Below are positions 48,881 through 56,950 of a DNA stretch of 64,000 bases, in pieces. A model generated the notes under the pieces. The model did not search any database. It had not been told where the DNA came from and saw nothing but the letters and a program-made list of their open reading frames with translations. The DNA comes from an uncultured Acidimicrobiales bacterium (lineage in GTDB: Bacteria > Actinomycetota > Acidimicrobiia > Acidimicrobiales > SHLQ01), in assembly GCA_964562985.1 (NCBI GenBank), contig CAZLWE010000002.1, forward strand, positions 1,630 to 65,629, read 5' to 3'. Numbering within the stretch: position 1 is the first letter of the stretch; each line of letters opens with the position of its first letter. A program made the position numbers and the translations under genes.

Positions 48881-49428
48881 TGGCAGATTCGTTGGCGATC
48901 GGACGCGGGTTCACGCTGCTTTTGGGCGGCGCACGCAGCGGCAAGAGCGACCTGGCCGTTCGGCTCGCGACCGAATGGGACGGACCCGTGGTGTTCGCCG
49001 CAACGGCCGAGGCCAGCGACGACGATATGGCCGACCGCATCGGGCGCCATCAGCTGGAGCGTCCCGCCGAATGGGAACTCCTTGAATCACCAATGCTGCG
49101 TGGCGGCGAGGTCGCCGATTGCGATCCGACCGCCCTGGTCGTCATCGATTGCATCACCTTGTTGGTGAACAACCTGATCTTTAACGAACGCACCGACGAC
49201 CAGATCACCGAACACGCCAACGTGATGTCACACGCGCTCGTAAGCCGACCGACCCCCACGCTCGTGATCTCGAATGAGGTCGGCTTGGGCGTAGTTCCCG
49301 AGACCGAACTCGGTCGCCGCTACCGAGATGTGCTCGGCCGGTACAACCGACAGTTGGCCAGCCGCGCTCAGACAACCCTGTTCGTCGCCGCCGGAAAGGC
49401 AATGCCGCTACTGCCCATCAGCTGGTAG
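48880..49428 (+). CDS. cobU: Adenosylcobinamide kinase / adenosylcobinamide-phosphate guanylyltransferase
   Basis: LLLGGARSGKS P-loop, about 182 aa. TGATG junction with cobO. Confidence 0.8.
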   Translation: MADSLAIGRGFTLLLGGARSGKSDLAVRLATEWDGPVVFAATAEASDDDMADRIGRHQLERPAEWELLESPMLRGGEVADCDPTALVVIDCITLLVNNLIFNERTDDQITEHANVMSHALVSRPTPTLVISNEVGLGVVPETELGRRYRDVLGRYNRQLASRAQTTLFVAAGKAMPLLPISW

Positions 49429-49519
49429 CTGTCGTTCGGTATGCACTAGCGCTCTGCGCCACTAGGTGCGAGGAGCTGGTCGGTGAGTTCCTCCCCGTGG
49501 AGCTGCACGAACCATGCTC

Positions 49520-49687
49520 TCACTGGGCTCTGGTGAAGTTGGGGTTGCGAGAACGGATTCCCTCAAGCGCAATTTCTTTGGCCGACTCAGACATCTCAAT
49601 CGCAGCTTCGACGCGCTCCTCACCCGTCATTGCAGCGAAGACCTGCCGCTGCACAGCTCTCGCTGCCGGTGACCCGTTCGTAGCCAT
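49520..49687 (-). CDS. Possible small protein (55 aa), below the ORF-track cutoff
   Basis: ATG 49687 to TGA 49520: MATNGSPAARAVQRQVFAAMTGEERVEAAIEMSESAKEIALEGIRSRNPNFTRAQ. Helical, protein-like composition in otherwise unassigned DNA. Confidence 0.35.
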   Translation of the reverse strand: MATNGSPAARAVQRQVFAAMTGEERVEAAIEMSESAKEIALEGIRSRNPNFTRAQ

Positions 49688-49705
49688 AAGCCACACTGTA
49701 CCGGC

Positions 49706-50140
49706 CTAGGCCGATCCCTCGAAGCGGTCGATGACGCCGACTTTCTCCGCTCGGTCGATGATTTCCAGGCCGAGGACAGAGAACCCGAAGTACAGGATTG
49801 CGCCTGCGAGTAGGGGCCAGCCCCACGTGAATCCGAAAAAGCCGAGTACGAGACCAGCTATGCCGAACGCGGGTGCTGCAAGGCCGCTCACGCCGAAGCC
49901 GATCTTGGCGAAGGCGATGATCGCCTCGTTGCGCTGCAACAGGCCGAAGGTGGTGCCCGCTGTTCCAGACACCGTTGCGAGCGCTGCGATCCAACCCAAA
50001 GAGCCCAAGAAGAAGTTCACCCCGGCGAAGATGGTCGACCCAATCAACATCATGTAAGCGAGCAGATTGAGATCGCCCGCAGCCGCGTCATGGCGCTGAT
50101 CGTCAGTAAGCCCGTCGGCGGGTTCTTCAGCCACGGTCAA
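49706..50140 (-). CDS. Small integral membrane protein
   Basis: Four Gly/Ala-rich hydrophobic helices. No family recognised. Confidence 0.55.
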   Translation of the reverse strand: MTVAEEPADGLTDDQRHDAAAGDLNLLAYMMLIGSTIFAGVNFFLGSLGWIAALATVSGTAGTTFGLLQRNEAIIAFAKIGFGVSGLAAPAFGIAGLVLGFFGFTWGWPLLAGAILYFGFSVLGLEIIDRAEKVGVIDRFEGSA

Positions 50141-50216
50141 ACGCTACTGGCAGCGACACCGAGCTGACACGGCCACGTCGTTTGGTGCGGAAGATCGATG
50201 GGCCTAGCCTGCGCTG

Positions 50217-51233
50217 GTGATGGGTGACATGCCAACAACACAGCTTCTGCTCGATCAGCTTGCCGCGGCTCCCATGGCTGACGACGAGAGTCGTGCGGCT
50301 ACCCAAGCTCGGGTCGACGACATCTTGCGGCCAGGGGGCGCGTTCGCTCGGCTCGACGAGGTCGCCGTGCACTTGTCGGCGTGGCAACGAACCCCCTCCC
50401 CGATGGTCAGGGCTCCAGCCGCGCTGATTTTCGCAGCAGATCACGGCGTCGCAGCTGACGGCGTGAGCGCGTATCCGGCCGAGGTGACCGGCGCGATGCT
50501 CGCCGCGTTCGAGGCATCGAAGGCGACCGTGTCTGCCCTGGCGACGGTGGCGGGCGCAACCGTGCGGGCAATCGATGTGGGAGTCGGCAACCCAACCGCG
50601 AACCTGCGAACCGAAGCAGCTATGAGCCCGCAGCGTTTCGGCGAGTCCTTCGACGCTGGTCGAAGCGCTGTTGCCGAGCGAGAAACCGACCTGCTGATTC
50701 TGGGCGAGATGGGTATCGGCAACACCTCGGCTGCCGCAGCCGTTACCGCGGCGATCATCGGCGGCGACACGGCGACCTTCGTTGGGCGAGGAACGGGAGT
50801 CGACGATGAGGCATACGAGAACAAGGTTGCTGTCATATCCGAAGCCGTCGAGCGCATCGCCGAGGTCGAAGACCCGCTGGAAGTACTGCGAGAGGTCGGT
50901 GGCGCTGAGCTAGCCGCTATCGCTGGCGCGCTGGTCGAAGCTCGTATGCGCTCGATTCCGGTGTTGTTGGACGGCTACATCGCCAGCACGCCAGCACTGG
51001 TGCTTCACGCGATCGACCCACGCCTGACCGAGCATTGTTTGGCCGGACACGGTTCGGCTGAGCCGGGGCACCAACACATTCTCGATCGCCTTGGTTTGGA
51101 ACCCTTGATCACGCTCGACCTGCGCCTCGGCGAAGCATCGGGAGCGATGGCAGCGGTGCCGCTGGTAAAGATGGCGTGCGCCGCTGTGACCGAGGTGCCG
51201 ACATTTGCTGAGTGGTTCGGGCCCAACGAATGA
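50217..51233 (+). CDS. cobT: Nicotinate-nucleotide--dimethylbenzimidazole phosphoribosyltransferase
   Basis: LILGEMGIGNTSAAAA and GEASGA motifs, about 338 aa. Confidence 0.9.
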   Translation: MMGDMPTTQLLLDQLAAAPMADDESRAATQARVDDILRPGGAFARLDEVAVHLSAWQRTPSPMVRAPAALIFAADHGVAADGVSAYPAEVTGAMLAAFEASKATVSALATVAGATVRAIDVGVGNPTANLRTEAAMSPQRFGESFDAGRSAVAERETDLLILGEMGIGNTSAAAAVTAAIIGGDTATFVGRGTGVDDEAYENKVAVISEAVERIAEVEDPLEVLREVGGAELAAIAGALVEARMRSIPVLLDGYIASTPALVLHAIDPRLTEHCLAGHGSAEPGHQHILDRLGLEPLITLDLRLGEASGAMAAVPLVKMACAAVTEVPTFAEWFGPNE

Positions 51234-51955
51234 GCGTTCGGGTAGCGGTCGGGTTCCTGACCCGCATCCCTGTCGGCGACCCCAGCTCTGGAGGTTCACG
51301 AGAGGTCAAGGTCGGCCGTGCCGTGCCGTGGTTTCCCATTGTGGGAGCACTCATCGGCGCCACCCAAGGTGGCGTCTGGTGGTTGCTCGCCCAAGGCACT
51401 ACTCCCCTCGTCGCAGCTACATTGTCGACCACCGTCGCAGCGCTCATCACCGGCGCGTTCCATCACGATGGCTTAGCCGATATGGCCGACGCCTTCGGCG
51501 GTGGATGGACGGTCGAGCAGCGCATGGAGATCTTGAAGGACTCCCGCCTAGGCACCTACGGCACCACGGCACTGGTGCTGGCGTTCGGCCTGGAGATTGC
51601 CGCGCTCTCGTCGTTCGAGCCAACCGCTGGCGCCCTCACGCTCATCGCAATGCACATGTTCGGGCGAACGCTCGCCGTCTTCGCCATGCTTGCAGCACCG
51701 GTTGCCGGAGACGGATTGGGCGCGGCCTACATGGCGGATATACCGCGCTTGTCGACGCAGATTGTCTTGTTCTTCGCAACCGTGGCGACGGCCGCCGCGC
51801 TCAATTCGACCGCGTGGGCGATCGCTCCCGCAGCTCTCGCCGCGATCACAATCGTCGTGCTCGCTCGCCGCAAGATCGGTGGCATCACCGGCGATGTCCT
51901 CGGCGCAATCACCGTGGTGAGCGGCGTGACGATGCTGGTGGCCGCGACGTTCTAG
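51230..51955 (+). CDS. cobS: Adenosylcobinamide-GDP ribazoletransferase (cobalamin synthase)
   Basis: Start at ATG 51230 (ATGA overlap with cobT). FLTRIPV and HHDGLADMADA motifs; polytopic. Confidence 0.85.
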   Translation: MSVRVAVGFLTRIPVGDPSSGGSREVKVGRAVPWFPIVGALIGATQGGVWWLLAQGTTPLVAATLSTTVAALITGAFHHDGLADMADAFGGGWTVEQRMEILKDSRLGTYGTTALVLAFGLEIAALSSFEPTAGALTLIAMHMFGRTLAVFAMLAAPVAGDGLGAAYMADIPRLSTQIVLFFATVATAAALNSTAWAIAPAALAAITIVVLARRKIGGITGDVLGAITVVSGVTMLVAATF

Positions 51956-51966
51956 CGAGTGGGCCC

Positions 51967-52416
51967 CTAGCACTGACCAGTCCCCGTGATCCGCGCGATG
52001 GCTGCCGCAAGCGCCTCCTTGTAGTCGCCCGCGAGCACTTGTGGGAGTGTCTCCTCGAGCGAGGCTTCAAGATCCCACAACACCCGGCGCTCGTGTTCTG
52101 GAAGAATGTCAAACGCTTCCAACTCGGTGAAACGAGACAACCAATCGAAGAATACGAGCGCCTGATCATCGCTCATAAGCGAAGCCTCGTCCGTCATGCC
52201 AAGAGCCCGACCATCTCCGTGTCGAAGGGTCTTCTTCTGAGCCACAAGGCTCGATAGAAGCGACTGTAGTTCGTCTGCATCAGCGCCGACGCGAGTCGAG
52301 ATATCGCCGTCGCTTAACGCGTCAAGAGTCTCACGAAGACCACCTTGCAAGAGTGACAATTCACGCTTCGTCACCTCAAGAACGAAGAGCCTTGCATCGG
52401 AATGACTAAGTTCCAT
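51967..52416 (-). CDS. Hypothetical acidic helical protein (second candidate immunity/accessory gene)
   Basis: 149-aa ORF downstream of the toxin-immunity pair on the same strand. No family recognised. Confidence 0.45.
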   Translation of the reverse strand: MELSHSDARLFVLEVTKRELSLLQGGLRETLDALSDGDISTRVGADADELQSLLSSLVAQKKTLRHGDGRALGMTDEASLMSDDQALVFFDWLSRFTELEAFDILPEHERRVLWDLEASLEETLPQVLAGDYKEALAAAIARITGTGQC

Positions 52417-52473
52417 AGCTCACGCTAACCCAACGACTCGACCCTCCCGGAAAGCAGAACTCAGGCAACCCGT

Positions 52474-53076
52474 TCAAGTACAGCCTGACCGAGAGCCTGC
52501 TGCGAATTCCTGCTCGTCATCCCACATCGTCTCGACCGTAGTTGTGAGAAACGAACCGTCTGGCGCAAAGATCGCGGCACGGGCGCCAGGTGACTCTTCC
52601 GAGACAATTACGCCATGTTCGATAGCAGCAGGCCTTGCCTTCCAATCTGCCTGACCGAACTGTGCCTCCGCGTTACGTACGGCTCGCTCGAGGTCGACTT
52701 GTTCTTGTTCGTGCAGTGGCAGCGACGACCGGATCGAATCAAATTGCTCCCGCAACTCGTGGCGCTCAACGAAAGACAGCTCAAACCACAACGATCTTGC
52801 CTCTGCGACCACCTCGCCCTCGGCGTTGAGCAATAGCGACACAATTGCGGCCTGACCCACCGGCAGGGCTCCGAACATTAGGGGCTGTCGATTGATATGG
52901 CTCCGTGCGAGGTCCACGAACTCTGCCATGCCTTCCGGGGTGATGCGCCTCGTGAGCGCAAACAGGCTCCGAGCGCGAACGACGGCAACCGCAGCTAGCG
53001 CCCCGTCCACTAACTCCGCCGACGACTGAACGTCGTACTCGGAATCAGCAGTCATCAAGTCCTCAAGCTTTGTCAT
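52474..53076 (-). CDS. Hypothetical protein, candidate immunity protein
   Basis: Starts 12 nt after the toxin stop, with AGGTGA as the RBS. 200 aa, cytoplasmic, acidic. Confidence 0.5.
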   Translation of the reverse strand: MTKLEDLMTADSEYDVQSSAELVDGALAAVAVVRARSLFALTRRITPEGMAEFVDLARSHINRQPLMFGALPVGQAAIVSLLLNAEGEVVAEARSLWFELSFVERHELREQFDSIRSSLPLHEQEQVDLERAVRNAEAQFGQADWKARPAAIEHGVIVSEESPGARAAIFAPDGSFLTTTVETMWDDEQEFAAGSRSGCT

Positions 53077-53088
53077 ATGGATTCACCT

Positions 53089-54681
53089 CTAGTCAAGAAA
53101 GTAGATCGCCCTAAACTCGGCGTCCTTGTTTGCGACAAGTTCTTCGGCGATGTCTGCCCGGCCTGCCTCATGCGCGGCCTCTATCTCAAGATCGTACGCC
53201 CGTTGCTCCATTGCCCACCGAGCATCTGGGTTCTGGGAGTAGTAACCCATGCCTGGGAAGCCGTTGGCGGCATCGTCAAGCGCATGTTGTGCCTCATGAC
53301 GAAGGGCGGACATCGAAGCATCTGGATCCAGGATTATTCTCCCGGGCTGACCTTGCGCTGGGCTATACGCAAGTGACCCTGGACGATTGGTGACAACGTC
53401 AAATCCCTGAGATCGCAGTTCTTCTACCAGTTGAGAAAATTCAGGCGTGCCTCTTCCGGGACCCTGGACTGCTCGCATCGGGTCGCCGTTCGATCGCAAT
53501 ACGTCGGTAGTTGCGTTGACAACATTGTCGCCACTTCGGCCGAGAATCCCCGCGTCTTCGAGCCAGCGTTTGGCCCATTGGAGTGCTTCGTCCAGGTTGC
53601 GGAAGATTAGTCCGTCGGCTGCGGCCTTGATAGCGGGTTTGGCCAACGTTGCGGCTTGTCCGATGCCCGGCAGTAGCGCAATGGAAGACAGCGCTGCGTC
53701 GAGGTACTCGCCTTCAGCCAGGTACCAGGCAGCGTTGATGCCATCGGCTGCGTTGCCGACTACTGGGACCATGCCGAACACGTCGAGCGTGAGGTGCCCA
53801 ATGTCGGAGAACGACCAACCGCCACCGGATTGGCTGATGCCCAGATGGTCTCGGGCGTCCTCCGAAGACTCGGCCATCGCGAGGACGATTCGCGCGTATT
53901 CGACTTGTTCGTCGGTGTAATAGCCGTGCTCGTTTTCGATCATGGCGTTGAGGTCGTTGGTCGACCAGACACCATCAGCGTCGGCAGAGCCGATGCCATC
54001 ACCGCGATCTTGTTTCGCAGTATCCAAGATGTCGCGGATTTGATCGAGTGCGTGCTCGGCGTCTTCGAACGGTGTCCGTTCGGGCGTGGACCATGCTTCG
54101 GCTTCTTGACGCCGGAACGCCGCCCACAGGTCGTCTACTTCTCGTTGACGCTCATCCATTCGCTCTTGGATGTCGCGGGCCTCACGCAACATGGCGTCGA
54201 GAATTGGGTCGTTGTCGCTGCCCGACCAGTTTTCGATCTTGTCGTTGAGTTCGGCGAGGCGTAACCGGTCCAGCGTTGCCTCGGGATCACGAGACTTCGC
54301 GGCTTCGGTGGCGTGATCGAACGACACGCCATCGCGCATCATGTCTTCAGCGGCTTCGATCTCTTCGGGTGTGAGCCCGGCTTGCCGGAACGCTGCGTTG
54401 AGGTCGGCGGGGATGAACGCTCGAACCCGGCCAGTGAGACCTAGCGGCTGGGCGTCGGTGGAGTGTAGGTAGTCCACTCGCCATGCAACATCGTCTCGCT
54501 CGGTGCGTAGGTCGTTCGCCAGTACGGTTAACGCCGGAATCGGCCCATAGGACGGATTCTGACCTGGCCGATTCAACAACGCGTACGCCTCGGTCAGCAG
54601 CGGCGACAATGCCACCATCGCTTCGCGCGCATTAGCCGAAGCAACGCCATAGGCGTCGGTGAGCGCCCCTGCGCTACTCAT
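53089..54681 (-). CDS. Polymorphic-toxin-like protein: helical N-terminal region, PT-TG-like module, C-terminal HEXXH domain
   Basis: LDVFGMVPVVGNAADGINAAWYLAEGEYLDAALSSIALLPGIGQAATLAK resembles the pre-toxin TG module of LXG-type toxins. The C-terminal about 150 aa carries LRHEAQHALDD. Start set at ATG 54681. Confidence 0.6.
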   Translation of the reverse strand: MSSAGALTDAYGVASANAREAMVALSPLLTEAYALLNRPGQNPSYGPIPALTVLANDLRTERDDVAWRVDYLHSTDAQPLGLTGRVRAFIPADLNAAFRQAGLTPEEIEAAEDMMRDGVSFDHATEAAKSRDPEATLDRLRLAELNDKIENWSGSDNDPILDAMLREARDIQERMDERQREVDDLWAAFRRQEAEAWSTPERTPFEDAEHALDQIRDILDTAKQDRGDGIGSADADGVWSTNDLNAMIENEHGYYTDEQVEYARIVLAMAESSEDARDHLGISQSGGGWSFSDIGHLTLDVFGMVPVVGNAADGINAAWYLAEGEYLDAALSSIALLPGIGQAATLAKPAIKAAADGLIFRNLDEALQWAKRWLEDAGILGRSGDNVVNATTDVLRSNGDPMRAVQGPGRGTPEFSQLVEELRSQGFDVVTNRPGSLAYSPAQGQPGRIILDPDASMSALRHEAQHALDDAANGFPGMGYYSQNPDARWAMEQRAYDLEIEAAHEAGRADIAEELVANKDAEFRAIYFLD

Positions 54682-54842
54682 ATGCATGCGAATTATCGGC
54701 ATAACATGAAATGTAGTGAAAAGCATTGAACGCGTCAAGCTACGATCTCTAGCCGTCCCTGCCGACGGCCTTGAACAGTTGGGGACCTGTACCTAACTGT
54801 TCTGTTGGTCAACCTGAGGACTCCGGGCACCGATAGAGAGAT

Positions 54843-55547
54843 ATGCAGGAACATGTTCTTGTTGTTGAGGACGCACCGGAGTTCCAACACATTCACCGCG
54901 AATCCCTATCGAAGGCGGGCTATCGAGTTTCGGTAGCTGGCGATGGCGCGCGGGCGCTGGAGATCGCGCGGTCCACCGAGCCGGTCGTAATCATCTTGGA
55001 TCTAGTCCTGCCCGATGTGGACGGCATGGAACTGTGCGCGGAGTTCCGCAAGTTCACCGATGCCTACATCATCATGGTGACGAGCCGAAGCGACGAGGTC
55101 GACAAGCTCGTCGGGCTGGCCGCTGGAGCCGATGACTACATCACCAAGCCATTCAGCAACCGTGAACTCGTGGCGAGGGTAGGCGTCCTACTTCGTCGGC
55201 CCCGGACGCTTGGCGAGGACGAATCGACCGCTCGTGACTTCGGTGATCTCGTCATCGATGCCGCGGCCCGAGAGGTCACGCTCGACGGCGAGACCCTCTC
55301 GTTGACCAAGATCGAGTTCGACATTCTCGACGCGCTCACGATCGACCCCAACGTGGTGCGATCGCGCGACTCACTGCTGGAACACGTATGGGGCCCGAAC
55401 TGGGTTGGCGACACTCACGTGATCGACGTACACCTGGCGAATCTGCGCAAGAAAATCGACGCCAACGGCGTCAAGCACATCAAGACCATCCGAGGTGTCG
55501 GCTATCGGTTCGCTGGCAGCAGCGCTACGGCGCAAACGGCAGCGTAA
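54843..55547 (+). CDS. OmpR/PhoB-family response regulator
   Basis: REC domain (VLVVEDAPE..ILDLVLPDVDG..DDYITKPF) and a winged-helix output domain (LTKIEFDILD..IKTIRGVGYRF). Confidence 0.9.
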   Translation: MQEHVLVVEDAPEFQHIHRESLSKAGYRVSVAGDGARALEIARSTEPVVIILDLVLPDVDGMELCAEFRKFTDAYIIMVTSRSDEVDKLVGLAAGADDYITKPFSNRELVARVGVLLRRPRTLGEDESTARDFGDLVIDAAAREVTLDGETLSLTKIEFDILDALTIDPNVVRSRDSLLEHVWGPNWVGDTHVIDVHLANLRKKIDANGVKHIKTIRGVGYRFAGSSATAQTAA

Positions 55548-56409
55548 CGGTCACCGTCGTCGACTCGCCGGGTGCCGACTCGATGCCCAATGCGGCGTTC
55601 GTGTGGGTCGCGAGACGTTTGATAAGCGAGTAACCAATACCCCGAGCTTGGGAGTTCGACCAATCGTGGAACGTCGGGTCGAGCAGCGGTCCCACGTCGT
55701 CGATCCCGGGGCCGGCATCGACCACCGAGAACACCACACCGTCGTCTGCGTCGTCGGCAGCGATCTTCAAGAGGCCTGGCTGACCGTGCTTGATCGCATT
55801 GCCGATCAGCTCATCGAGGATCGTATCGAGGTCCGATCGGTGCCCGAGCGCAGAGTCGTCGCCAGCGCATCGGTACTCGCTAGCGAGCAATAGGCCCGCC
55901 CGCAGCGCACGGTGCTTCCATCGCTCGCCCGCGCGCGTTAGGACGTCCATGACGTCGATCGCGCCAACCTCGGTCGAGTGCGGTTCCTCCAGCTCAAGAA
56001 ACAAGAGCAGTCGGGTCATGATGACTTCGAGGTCGCGCGCCGAGGCCAAACCATCTTCGAGCCAAGCGCGCATCTGTTCAGACTTTGCGTTGGCACCAGC
56101 CGTCTCCATCACCCCGAGCACGCCGTTAAGCGGTGAGCGGGTCTCTCGCGAGAGGAGGCGAAGGAATTCGGCGCGCTCAGCGGCCGATAGTGCTGCCTTC
56201 GTCCGTTCCTGCTCGAGTTCTTCGGTGCGTTGCGCGACGCGATCGTCGAGTTCTTGGTTGACAAGGAACAGCCGGCGCATGCCGTCCTCGGCGATGCGTT
56301 CGGCTTCTTCGCGCGCCGAGCGCTCACGTGCTACCCGTCGCTCCAGGCGCGCGACCCTTTTCTCAAGGTCGGCCCGCTCTAGGTCGGACAGTTCCAGCTC
56401 AGGCGACAT
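55525..56409 (-). CDS. Histidine-kinase-like protein lacking the phospho-acceptor His (coiled coil + degenerate HisKA + HATPase_c)
   Basis: The H-box reads AEFLRLLSRETRSPLNGVLG, with Arg where the SHE(L/I)RTPLN His is expected. N-box ELIGNAIKHG, G1 VDAGPGID and G2 GIGYSL are intact. No TM or sensor domain. Confidence 0.75.
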   Translation of the reverse strand: MSPELELSDLERADLEKRVARLERRVARERSAREEAERIAEDGMRRLFLVNQELDDRVAQRTEELEQERTKAALSAAERAEFLRLLSRETRSPLNGVLGVMETAGANAKSEQMRAWLEDGLASARDLEVIMTRLLLFLELEEPHSTEVGAIDVMDVLTRAGERWKHRALRAGLLLASEYRCAGDDSALGHRSDLDTILDELIGNAIKHGQPGLLKIAADDADDGVVFSVVDAGPGIDDVGPLLDPTFHDWSNSQARGIGYSLIKRLATHTNAALGIESAPGESTTVTVTLPFAP

Positions 56410-56950
56410 CGCGTTGCGCTACGACCTCGCGCCGGACGGCGATCACTGATTCAGTGCCTTCACCGCTGAGCACCTCGATCGTCACTGGCTCGTTGTAGTG
56501 GTCACCCGCACCGAGGATGAGCCCTTCGGCCAGTGGGGACAGTCCCCGTTCGGACCGGTAGGTCAGGTGTAGTTCGTCGTCGCTGATTCGCTCGGGGATC
56601 ACGTCTGGTGGCTTGGCGTTCGGATCGAGCTTCTTGACTTCCACATGGATGATGCTGTGGATCGATTCCAGGAACGCGAGCACATCGAGGTCGGGGTCGA
56701 GGAAGTCCGACATCGACGCGACGAGATGCGGCAGGGCCTGTCGTCCGACGAGGCGTTGCACGTCGGCCGGGTCGTGGCCGGTCTTGCTAGCCGCAACCGA
56801 CACCAGGGCGAGGAGGTCTTCGTCCGGATAGGTCCCGAGGGCGGTGTAGCCACCGTTGAGGCCGGCGTCGTCGAGCAGGTCGTCCCAGGCGTCCTCACCA
56901 AGTAGCTCAGTGACGGCCTTCTCGGTGACGTTAAAGATGATGCCTTTCAT
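56399..56950 (-). CDS. H-NOX (haem nitric oxide/oxygen-binding) sensor protein
   Basis: MKGIIFNV..LLGEDAWDDLL N-terminus, candidate proximal His in LESIHSIIHVEVKK, KPP Pro, and the Y-x-S-x-R motif (LTYRSERG). ATGA overlap with the upstream kinase gene. Confidence 0.8.
   Translation of the reverse strand: MKGIIFNVTEKAVTELLGEDAWDDLLDDAGLNGGYTALGTYPDEDLLALVSVAASKTGHDPADVQRLVGRQALPHLVASMSDFLDPDLDVLAFLESIHSIIHVEVKKLDPNAKPPDVIPERISDDELHLTYRSERGLSPLAEGLILGAGDHYNEPVTIEVLSGEGTESVIAVRREVVAQRDVA

Noticed and set aside
51205-52257. 350-aa + strand ORF spanning cobS and the convergent hypothetical gene.
   Set aside because: It is an extremely Arg-rich shadow frame of cobS. cobS (FLTRIPV, HHDGLADMADA) and the minus-strand ORF explain the region.
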